From positions 8,432,001 to 8,496,000 of the forward strand of contig JBHGNT010000003.1 in assembly GCA_043228905.1 (NCBI GenBank): DNA of 64,000 bases, written 5' to 3'. Below the pieces are notes generated by a model. That model worked only from the letters and a program-made list of their open reading frames with translations. It was not told where the DNA came from and did not search any database. This document shows positions 36,901-47,808 of this stretch, piece after piece. How positions within the stretch are numbered: the stretch's first letter is position 1; each line of letters begins with the position of its first letter. Made by a program: the position numbers and the translations under genes. The DNA comes from Azolla caroliniana (lineage: Eukaryota > Plantae > Polypodiophyta).

Positions 36901-39900
36901 AGAAAAGACAAGGGCGAAAGAGCGACTTCGGGCGTGCGGAGTTCTCGGGCCCAGCGAGGAAATCAATGGAGCCGTGGAGGCGGTCTCCTTCGACGATACC
37001 TTGGGAATACTGCGAGAGGTGGTCGGAGAGGGCCTTAAAGAGGACCAGACGATACCAGTTTGTTCAGAAGAGATGTATGAAGTCATGGCGGACTTCAGTT
37101 GAGGGCTCGAGTCGGATCGGACGGCCCGGGTTAACACGAAGTACAAGACTGTGGACCGGAAGGTAAGGCCAGTCGCGGCACCCTTACCGGAGGGCAGCGA
37201 GTTGCGAATCGAGGGGGTCGCGTCGGACCCCAGTTTACGTGATCCGGCCTGCATAGGACACACCTTCACCGATAGAACGCTACGGGAGCTCAAAATCAGT
37301 GGGGGCGGGTTCCTACTGCCGGCGGAAGAAGACCGGTTTCGGAGAATGCTCGGAAGGCACGAGAAAGCCTTCGCATTCTCGCCGGAAGAAATCGGGTGCG
37401 TAGACCCGACAGTCGTGAAGCCGATGGTGATATTCACGGTACCGCATGTACCATGGAATCTCAAGCCAATTTCGGTAACGAGAGCTCACATCCCGGAGCT
37501 GATGGAGCTATTGAGGCAGAAAGTCAATATGGGCATCCTCGAACCGTCGAGTGCCCCGTACTCGAACTGGTGGTTTACTGTACCGAAGAAGAACGGGACG
37601 TTGCGCTTCATTCAAGACCTGCAGCCGGTCAACAGAGTGACCATTCGGAACGCAGGAATCGGACCAACGATAGACGAGTTCGCGGAGGCCTTCGCCGGAA
37701 GGTCGATCTACTTGATTGGTGATCTGTACTCGGGGTACGATCAGTTCCAACTAGCCGCAGAGAGCAGAGACATTACGACGATGCGGACTCCTCTCGGCCT
37801 AGTGCGGATGTGCACCCTGCCGCAAGGAGGGACGAACTCGGTGGCCCACATGGTGAATGCGATGAACAAAGTGCTAAGGGATTGTATCCCGGACATCACC
37901 ATGCCATTCTTGGACGACATCCCGGTCAAGGGATGTCCGGTGGAGGAAAAGGACGAAACGATCGGACCGGACGGATGCCGGAAATTCGTGACGACACACA
38001 TTGACGACTGCGAGAGGGTGTTGCACAGACTAGAGGACGCGAGGCTCACCTTCTCCGGGGAGAAATCGGCCTTCGGGCAATCGGAGATCATGGTCGTCGG
38101 ACATCTATGTGGGGCGTATGGCCGGAAACCGTCTCCGGCCAAGGTAGAAGCCATCTCCGCTATGAAGCCCGACTGTAACTCGGTCACGGAGGTACGGAGG
38201 TTCTTGGGAGCATGCGCGTTCTACCACATATGGATCCCGCATTACGCCCACATTGCCGAGCTGCTATACGGGTTGCTGAAAAAGGGGCAAAAATTCGAGT
38301 GGCGAGTCGAGCATACGGAGGCAGTTCGAAAAATGAAGGAGGCTCTTGCTGCAGCTCCGGTGCTCCGGAAGGCTGTCTACGAGAAAGGCAACCCCGTCTA
38401 CATAACGGTAGATACTAGTCCGACCGGGATCGGTTGGGTCGTCAACCAAGAAGATGAGGACGGTATTCGGTTCCCAATCCGGTTCGGCGCGAAGGTCCTC
38501 AGTGAGTGACAGCGAGGATACGCCCAGGTTAAACGCGAACTCTGGGGTATCGTTTCGGCGGTAAAGGCCGATAAAGACTATCTGATCGGGACAGAGGTAA
38601 TTATCGAGACGGACTGCCTGCCGATCCTCGCCATGGTTTCCAGATGCGCAACCCCGGACCTGGCAATGCTCAGGTGGATAGCGTACATCAAGTCCCTGGA
38701 TCCGGAAATACGACATATTTCCGGGAAGGACAATGACATGGCCGACATGCTTTCAAGGGCGCGATTTGATGACGAGGGCGGCATGGTTTCGGAGGACGAG
38801 GAAGTCGGCGTAGACTTCTTCGAGGCGGCTTACGCAACAATCGAGGGGGAAAGCACTCCGGTGCTTAACGATTTCGACGAGACCAAGTACGACGAGGAGT
38901 GGCTGCAGATTGGGGGATTCTTAAGGACAATGGTGCCGGACGCATCGTGGACCAGGGACGAGGCCAATCGGATCCAGAAGAAAGCGTACCGATTCTTTCT
39001 CCGGGACGGATACTTGTGGAAGCACCCGAAGAAGAGGAACGGCATCCCGCCCCGAGTAGTGGCGACGAAGGAGGAACAGGAGGAATTACTGAAGGCCTAC
39101 CACGACAACCCCTGGGCTGGGCACCGTGGGACGTGGGCCACGTTCGAGAAGCTAAAGGGGAAGTACTGGTGGCCGGGACTGTACTGGGACGTGCATCGGT
39201 TCGTGACAACTTGTGAGAGTTGTCAGATGCACTCCATAATCCGACATCGGGACGAGCTTCACCCAACTTACCCTCCGGCCATCCACTTCAAATGGATGGT
39301 AGATTTGGTGACGATGCCGATGGGCGTAGGGCAGATGTTATATCTGGTGCTGGCCCGGGAGGATCTGACAAACCAGGTGGAAGGCCGAGCCTTGCAGAAC
39401 AAAACGACCGCGGCCGTGTGTCGGTTCCTGATCGAGGACGTGATATGCCGGTACGGATGCGTTGGAAAGATCGTGGCTGACCGCGGGGAGTTGGACGCCG
39501 AAGAGGCCGAGGAGCTGTTCAACCGGTTAGGGGTCAAGCTCTCGCTCACCACAACGTACAATCCAGAGGCAAACGGGAAGGTAGAGCGCAAGCACGGGCT
39601 AATCGTCAAAGCACTAGTCCGGGCGTGCGAAGGACAGGTCGGGAACTGGCCACGACTGTTACCCTATGCCTTGTGGGCGGACCGGACAACGCACAGTTCG
39701 GTAACCGGGTTCATGCCGTCGGAACTCATGTTCGGACAGAAGCCGATCATGACGATGGAACGGACGATCTCCTCCTGGGCGACAGTAGACTGGAGTGACG
39801 AAATAAGTCGGGAAGAACTGCTAGCTGCGCGTATACGGCAGCTCGAGCGGAGGCCAGGGGACGTGGAACGAGCGGCGGAGAGACTTCGGGCGGCGAGGAT

Positions 39901-40954
39901 GAAGAACAAAGCCCGGTTCGACCGGACGCACCGGCTCCGACCAAAGAAAATTGAGGAAGGCGACTGGGTGCTAGTCTACGACAGCAGCCTCGACAACCAA
40001 CACCGAGCAACACGGAAGTTCGCGAAGCGGTGGTTCGGGCCTTACGTGGTAACGAGAGCCAACGACAACGGGACGTATCACTTGGCGGAACTCGACGGTA
40101 CGAGGATGGCGACACCAGTGGCGGGAAAGCGGATCAAAGCGTTCAAGAAGCGCCATGACGGCGAACCGGACCTACGAGGCCTGGACAGTGAAGACGAACA
40201 GTCCGAAACGGAGGGCGAACCGATGGACGGAACCCCGACCGGTTTTCTCCAACCAGAAACTAATTTTGGTGCATACTGGTGGATGTGCGGTTAGGTGGGG
40301 GCGGATGTCGTGAAGAAAACCGTCCCCTGGCGCAATCGGTGAATAGCGCACATGAACCGGCCCTTCACGTGTGAGCACTCTTAATGTATATAATAGAGAA
40401 TTAGGTACAGAGAGAGATCCGGGGTAGTTAGATTCGGTAGGTAGGAAGTAAATGAGGGGAGACAGCTCCCTTCTTGACGCTATAAAGGAGCGGCAGACGC
40501 AGGGAGAAGGGGATCGCGCATTGAGGAGGACGAAGTGCTGTCGGACCGGAACCAAACGCTTCTCCTCTGTCTGTTCTCTGTTACTCTTCTCTGCAGGTTT
40601 CGGGAGGCTCGCGTTGCTTCGAGGAACGCCCGTGTGCTTCCGGCAACACCTCCATCCTATCCCCATTTTGTGCGCAGACGAACAGGCGTCGACATCTGTT
40701 CGCCGGCCTGTTCGGTTGTAGCTGTCGCGTGCTCTGCTGTGTACTTGTTATTCGTTAATATACAAACACTTGTCTCTCCCTGTCTCTGTGTCCATTCGTG
40801 TCTTCTGTGTTGACGGGCCACGCCCCTGTGTTTCTTTGCTCATACGTGACCGGGTGTCTCTCTCCTTCTCTTTCCCCTTCTATCACCTGCTCTTCGGTTC
40901 AGGACCCCGGTGGTCCCGCCTTGTTTCTCCACGCACGCGCGTAACAATGCGACA
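33924..40954 (+). mobile_element. Element B: full-length gypsy of the tRNA-Trp/Phygy-like lineage; LTRs 33924-34572 and 40306-40954
   Basis: 649-bp LTRs (~14 differences); TSD ACGC; PBS TGGTGAACCCGACGTGA at 34577; PPT AGGTGGGGGCGGA. Gag-PR 34617-36743 and pol to 40294 (FLDD, VDTSP, ADRGE, WFGPY) with a few in-frame stops. Confidence 0.95.
36734..36799 (+). promoter_or_regulatory. Putative -1 ribosomal frameshift signal and pseudoknot (homologue in C at 45414-45476, minus strand)
   Basis: G_GAT_TTT-TAG ends gag-PR, and the pol frame is -1 in both B and C. Downstream stem GGGCTG/CAGTCC with loop GTGGGG pairing CCCCAC. Confidence 0.7.
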
Positions 40955-43900
40955 ACGCATTTTATTCAATGTGTAAAAAAACAATCCCTCTCAATTGTTT
41001 CCTCGTGTCCATCAATATCCGAGTTGTCTTGTTCTACGTTATTTTATTGTGTACTTGATTCGGACATTCACGTTTACAATATCGATAATGTCCCGGTTCA
41101 ATTAACATATTTTGAACAACAACAACTTGATGAAATCTTAAATGATTTTCATTATGTTTTTCCAAGTGAACTACCTGATGGGTTACCTCCTAAACGAAAT
41201 ATAGACCATCGTATAGATATTGAACCTGGTGTTGCACCAATAAGTATACCTCCGTATCGCTTAAGTCGATCCGAAGAAGATGTGGTATCTAAGCAACTCA
41301 AGGACTATTTACGAATGGGTTATATACGTTATAGTAAATCTCCATGGGGTTCACCAGTTCTCTTGGTTAAAAAGAAAGAGGGCACATGGCATATGTGTAT
41401 TAATTACTGACGCTTGAATAAACTGACGATCAAGAATTCGTACCCATTGCCCCGGGCTGACGATCTAATTGACCGTCTCCAAGGAGCTCGGTATTTTACG
41501 AAACTTGATCTCTGTACTGGCTACCATCAAATACGAATAAGTGAGGACGATGTTCCTAAAACGGCATTTCGTACGCGCTATGGCCATTACGAGTTTTTGG
41601 TTATGCCTTTTGGTTTGACCAATGCTCCGGCTACTTTTCAACAAGAAATGAATGACATTTTCCGAGAACAACTTGGAAAATTTGTCGTTATTTTCTTGGA
41701 TGATATTTTAGTTTATAGCCGTACATTACAAGAACATGCTAGACATGTCCGCTTTGTTTTACAAACATTGCGTGACAAACAGTTTTATGCAAAGATCTCA
41801 AAATGTGAGTTCTTCAAGAAATCAATTACTTATCTAGGACATCTCATAACCGAACGAGGAGTTGAAATTGATCCTTCTCGCATTGAGAAAATCAAGCTTT
41901 GGCCCACTCTTCGGAATATTCGAGAAGTTCGATCATTCCTTGGTTTTGTCGGGTTTTTGCGAAAGTCTCTTCGTAATTACTCCCAATTGACGACGCCGTT
42001 TACTGATCTTTTAAAAGGTCAAACGCGTAAGTCTACAAAACCTATTGTGTGGAATGCTACACTAGAGCTCGCCTTTAAGGAACTCAAGGACTTGGTTTGC
42101 AAGGCTCCTTCACTTCTTTTACCTGATCCTTCAAAACCTTTTGAGGTTGAAACCGATGCAAGCGATTATGCTATAGGTGCTGTCTTGTATCAAGATGGTA
42201 AACCAATAGCATTCGAGAGTAAGAAACTTGATTCTGCTCAATGTCGGTATACCGTTCAAGAAAAGGAATTATTTGCAGTTATACATGCGCTCAAAACATG
42301 GCGCCATTATCTTTATGGAAATCGCTTTGTGGTAACTACGGACCACGAGTCCTTGAAATATTTTTGTGACCAACAAAACCTGAAAGGTCATAAGGTACGA
42401 TGGGCTGATCTCATCCAGGACTTTGATTTTTCCATACGATATCATAAAGGTTCCATGAACACTGTCGCTGATGCAGTAAGTCGCATCCGTGAAGTTAACA
42501 TGCTTAGCTTCACTGAAATAACATCAGATCTTTATGATCACCTTCGAGGAAAGTATCCTGATGACAGTTATTTTGCAAAATACTGGGCAAGAGTTGAGTC
42601 TAGAACAGACACCACCACATCCTCGAAGGAATACTTCCACATTGCTAACGGTTTGCTCTACCGTAATGGGAAGGTTTGTGTTCCAGATTTACCCGAGGTA
42701 AAAAAGAGGATTCTTTTTGAATGCCATGATGCACCCTCAACAGGGCACCCTGGAATACATCATACACTCGTTCTCATCTCCACTCAATTTTATTGGCCTA
42801 AGATGCGTCCTGACATACATAGCTATGTGACTAAATGTCACCAGTGTCAAGTTAACAAAGCCAAGCGACTTAAAGCCGCCGCAGGACTTTTACATACCTT
42901 GGACATCCCCAATAATAAGTGGGAAAGTATATCCATGGATTTTATTGTTAGCCTTCCTTGCACCCAAAAAGGTCATGATGCCATCTGGGTTGTCGTTGAT
43001 CGACTAACTAAAATGGCCAGATTTATTGCTACTAAAACCATGGTAACAGCTCCTGAATTGGCTTACCAATTCGTTGACGAATTGTTTCGTTTTTATGGGT
43101 TACCGATGGATATCGTGAGTGATCGAGATCCAAAGTTTACTAGTGACTTCTGGATGCAAGTCTTTAAGAAGTTAGAAACTACGTTGAGCATGAGCTCCAC
43201 GGATCATCCTCAATCCGATGGACAGACAGAACGAGTAAATCAAATTATTGAGGACAGGCTTCGAGCATACGTTGGTGCAAAACCAACAAAATGGGAACGT
43301 TATCTCCCAATTTTGGAGTTTGCTTATAACAGTTCCAAGCATACGTCAATGGGATATAGTCCTTTTATGTTGATGTATGGTTTTCAGGCATGAGCCCCGA
43401 TTGATGTTAATATACATCATGATGAGTTGCGAAGTACGCAAATCTTTCTTCGGGATATGCAAGATATGTTGCATATTGCATGAGATAATATAAAAACAGC
43501 TCAAGATAGAGCGCGTTTTTATGCCGATCATCATAGGCAACCTCGTGTATTCAACCCTGGACAGAAGGTATTTTTACGTGTACCTCACAATTCTAAGACA
43601 TTGTCTACGGGTAAGTGCGCTAAGTTAGCCCCACGGTTTTGTGGACCTTTTACAGTCCTCAACCGCATTGGGTCATCAGCCTATCGTCTTGCTCTTCCCG
43701 ATGGTGTTGGAATTTATCCAGTCTTCCATGTGAGTCGTCTAAAAGAACTTCTAGGTTCGGGCGACAATACAGTTACAACTGAAACTCTGGTTACTTCTGA
43801 AGAATTATCTTCTAAACCACATGTACCAGAAAGAATTCTCGATGTTAAAACAAAAAAATTACGTACTAAAGAAATCCGAGAATTTAAAATAAAATGGATG

Positions 43901-45466
43901 GATAAATCAATAAAAGATGCCACATGGGAACGCGAAAATACTCTTAGAACTAATTTCCCTAACTTTCCATTGCAAGTGTGCAATGTTTTAAAGAGGGGGA
44001 GTATGTTACGGGCATGACCATTTAATATCCCGTGGTGAGAATTTACCGTAGTATTCTATACACATGGATAAGTATGAGGGTTAAACGAGAGTGTAAAGAA
44101 GGGGAGGATTACTTTTAATCCTCGGGATTGAGACAACCCATTAGGTTAAGTGTGAACTTGCCTAAGGGCCTTGGGTATCGCTATAAATAAGAGGCCTAGC
44201 TACCCTCATTTGATGATCTTTTTGACTACATCAAGACTCTGCTCTTGTGGCGGGTCAACTCTTGTAGTGAGCGCGCCAGCACCAGGTATGACTCGACGCC
44301 ACGACGGTGGTATGGAACGCCGATCGAGGCTCGAGTCCGTCTCGATCCCTTCGCTCGGGGGTGGTCGGGTGGATCGGCACCCTTCTTTCTCTTTCTCCTT
44401 TCTATCTATCATTTGTTTATCCTTATCTTAAGCTTACTTTAGTACTTAGATCTCTAATACTATAGGTGTCTTGATAGAAGTTATATCTCGATTTTTGATA
44501 GCAAGTTGAAATTGATCATACCCGGAATAAAGGTCTGCCACTGAATATATAGCTCTTCCTGCAAACATCTCAACAAACTCATCCACAATTGGCCCTACTC
44601 CCGAGTTTTGGATTGTTACCTTATTCACGGGTTGCATATCTTGGATAAATCGGAATCGACCATCTTTCTTTAACACAGTGAACCATCGACTCGAGTAAGG
44701 AGCGTTTGATGGTTCCAAGATACCCATCCTTATCTTTTCTTTTAGAAGTTCTAATAGTTGAGGGATTCTAGCCCTAGGCATGGGTATTGGCTTAAAGTTC
44801 CATGGAATATGAGGAATAGTGAATATAACCATGGGCTCTACAATTTCTGGATCCACACACCCAATTTCCTCAGGTTGGAATGCGAACGCCTTTCCATGCC
44901 TTTTTAACATCTCCCTGAATTGCTTTTCTTCAGAAGGTAATAGGAAGTCACCCCCTCCTATTTTCATCCCTTGTATTGTTTCCGAAGTAAACACATGTCC
45001 CACCTTTCGTGGGTCTCTAATCATTGGCTCTGTGGCTGCTTCTTTGATTGCTTTTTCACCCTTGGAAGTGGAGCAGCAATAGGAAGAACCTTCTTCTCCA
45101 CAGTCTTGTACTTTATTAGTACATGTGCTTCATGATCCTTTCGAGCAACTTCTTCAATGACCTCGTACATCTTGATTGAATGGACAGGAACTTGGATTTC
45201 ATTGTCTTCTTCCATTGCTTCCAAATGAGTTATTGTATCTTCAAAACTTAATTCTTCAAACATATCTTGAATTTCTTCATCACCATCTATTAATCCAGAA
45301 CACTTAAAGTACTCGAAAGCATTTTGTATTTTATTATTATTTACTTTTAGTATAAAAGTAGCACCATTAGATGAGATTGTACAAGGAATATCTTTATTTA
45401 CATTATTATTCATGGGGTTTTCTTTTATGTTCAGGCTATCACAACCCCTACCTGTAAAATCCCTAT

Positions 45467-47581
45467 CTAAAAATCCTGGGAAAACTCTTCATCCATCTCT
45501 TGAATTGGATGTTCCCTCAAGCATTCTTTGTTTCTTTCATGGTTGGGCCTCACAGTTAAGAATTGGACAGTCTTTCTTCCATCTTGACTCTTGATTCTCG
45601 CGAAAGCCGAACCATCATCAATAACCTTTGTTTCCATCCTCACTACGGTGATGTAGGGCTGACCAAGGATGATGGGGTAGGTTGATCGATCTTGCACAAA
45701 GAAATTTTGATTCACTGACACATCACCAATTGTTACCTTCACACTAGGACATGCTCCATATAGATCCTTCGTAGTCTCTGTGGCGGCTCTTATTTTCCAC
45801 CCATGATTCTTGTCGATCGGCCACCGTCCTCGAGCGTAAAATTCCGATGACATCATGTTAATTTCGGATCCACGATCGATCAAAGCAATACATGGAAGTT
45901 GTTGCTCCCCAATTTTTGCAGGTGCCTCCGTTGTTGCTCGAGCCCAATGGTCCCTTGTATAGTGACTCCTATCCCCTTCATGGACGCCGACATCATTCTG
46001 GTTTTTTACACTTGCAGCATTGATGGTGCCACCATACAAATCTTGGAGTGCTGTTGCACACCCTCCTGTAATTTCCTCCGTCACCTGTGTCTTCCTTCTA
46101 ATAATATCTATGATAACTTCATGAAATTCTTTCTTTGCTATACCCAACACTTCTCTTAAAGTAATTTCTACCTTACTATTTAGTATTCTTGTTTCTAGTA
46201 CCTTTTTTATATCCGTCGTCGTTTCTATGTCTGAGGCAAGCTTGAAAGATGGGCATGTCTTTCCTTTTACTTTATCAGCTTCCTTCGGCTCAGTAGCACC
46301 CTTTTCCATCTCCCTTCTCTTCTGTTCTCGTGTCTCATGTCTCTTTGTCGGATCAGCTTCCTCAGCTCTCTTCCGCTTCTCTTCCACTACCACATCTTGT
46401 GCATTCACTTGGGCGAATGCTGATAGTGCGTCTACTAGATCATTCCATCCAGTGAAGTTTTGTATTTCATCTCCCGCTCTTTTTAATTCATCCACTCGAA
46501 CCTTCCCTTTTCTTGCATAATCCATCACATCTTGCCAAAATCCAGATCCATCATATGCGTCTTCTACGCGCAACCCTAAGGTTGCCACGGATTGTATCGC
46601 TTGAGTCGTTTCTCTCTCGGCATCTTCCATTAGCTTTTTCATTCCTCCTCGCCCGAAGTTGAGTTGAAGTGGTTGTTGAGTCTCTGTTGAGTGAATCTTG
46701 CCCTCTTGATAGTAGATTTTATTATGATTAAGAGCATCCCTATCCTCTTGACAATCTTTCTTCTGGTGGTCAATACTATCACACCACACACACCTTCGGA
46801 CCATTCCACCTCCCTGCCTTGATGAAATCGAGCTTTGTCCCGATTCTAGTTTCGTCACTTTGATCGACAAGTCTTTCATGCCTTTCACCAATTCGTGTAA
46901 GAGTGATTCTTCTACTTTCTTCTCTCCCGACTCGTTCCCTGTTTCTTCATCATTTCTGTCGGGCAACTTCATAAACCATAACTTTCTTTTGTAGAAATGG
47001 GCGCACGTCCTTTTTACCTCCTCCCAGTCTTCGATAAGTCCACTTGGACTATTCTGATCTTCTAAAAGCATTCCCAAGTCCTTCCTGTCTTTAATATTAG
47101 TAGCTTGTAGAAGCAATATGACTTTATTTGGCACTATTATATTTCTATCTCTAACATTTAGTTGCTCAAATCTTTCAGAAAACTCTTTTAATACTTCCAA
47201 AACACTTAAATGTTTATCAGACTCTACCCAATCCATCAAAGCTTTCCTTGTCATCCTTGACATATCGTTGAGGTTGTATTCATTCAATAATGCTCTTTCG
47301 AAAGTCACCCATGTATGATGCTCTCTCTGTAGCTCCTGGACCCTTTCTTGTAGCCCAATCGCAACGACTCGACTAAAGCTATTAATTTTTGCAGCTTCGT
47401 CGACACTGCATTTAAGCATTTCTTCAATATAAATCTTCAAAAATCTTGTTAAATTTATACCTTCGAAGATTCCTACTCGTGCGAGAATATTGTTGACGGC
47501 TTTGTCGATGCTTGCCATCATCCCTTGTTCCCGCATCACTCGTTCCATCATCGTACACATAAGCCTCATTTGCTCCTCCAT
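45467..47581 (-). CDS. Gag-protease ORF of element C
   Basis: 704 aa open; CVWCDSIDHQKKDC knuckle; protease ALIDRGSEIN..ILGQPY; ends SQDF-stop at GGATTTTTAG. Confidence 0.85.
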   Translation of the reverse strand: MEEQMRLMCTMMERVMREQGMMASIDKAVNNILARVGIFEGINLTRFLKIYIEEMLKCSVDEAAKINSFSRVVAIGLQERVQELQREHHTWVTFERALLNEYNLNDMSRMTRKALMDWVESDKHLSVLEVLKEFSERFEQLNVRDRNIIVPNKVILLLQATNIKDRKDLGMLLEDQNSPSGLIEDWEEVKRTCAHFYKRKLWFMKLPDRNDEETGNESGEKKVEESLLHELVKGMKDLSIKVTKLESGQSSISSRQGGGMVRRCVWCDSIDHQKKDCQEDRDALNHNKIYYQEGKIHSTETQQPLQLNFGRGGMKKLMEDAERETTQAIQSVATLGLRVEDAYDGSGFWQDVMDYARKGKVRVDELKRAGDEIQNFTGWNDLVDALSAFAQVNAQDVVVEEKRKRAEEADPTKRHETREQKRREMEKGATEPKEADKVKGKTCPSFKLASDIETTTDIKKVLETRILNSKVEITLREVLGIAKKEFHEVIIDIIRRKTQVTEEITGGCATALQDLYGGTINAASVKNQNDVGVHEGDRSHYTRDHWARATTEAPAKIGEQQLPCIALIDRGSEINMMSSEFYARGRWPIDKNHGWKIRAATETTKDLYGACPSVKVTIGDVSVNQNFFVQDRSTYPIILGQPYITVVRMETKVIDDGSAFARIKSQDGRKTVQFLTVRPNHERNKECLREHPIQEMDEEFSQDF

Positions 47582-47758
47582 TTGTCCTCGTCGCCGCCTT
47601 CACGTCGGGTTCACCAAATGTGTTGGAGTAGTTGTGGTTTGTGCGGCAAAGTCGCGAGGACTAAGGTTAAGGGGACTTCAAGAAACTTAACTTTTAATAA
47701 GGCTTGTATGGTGATGATAGAATGGTTAAGGATAGTAAGACGAAGAGTTACGAGTAAT

Positions 47759-47808
<50 letters not shown>

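Larger units (their letters stand above)
30408..44459 (+). mobile_element. Element E: chromovirus (Ty3/Gypsy with chromodomain), interrupted by B; LTRs 30408-30863 and 44004-44459
   Basis: 456-bp LTRs; TSD CTATA; PBS TGGTATCAGA; PPT AAGAGGGGGAG. Gag-PR 32546-33923 (CVFCKKKGHTKDQC, FDSGS); RT FLDD; RNase H TDASD; integrase; chromodomain PERILD..KIKW..ATWE at ~43820-43970. Confidence 0.95.

Noticed and set aside
34458-40156. Numerous antisense or alternate-frame ORFs (e.g. 35521-36351, 36640-37464)
   Set aside because: Shadows of GC-rich gag-pol with no independent motifs.
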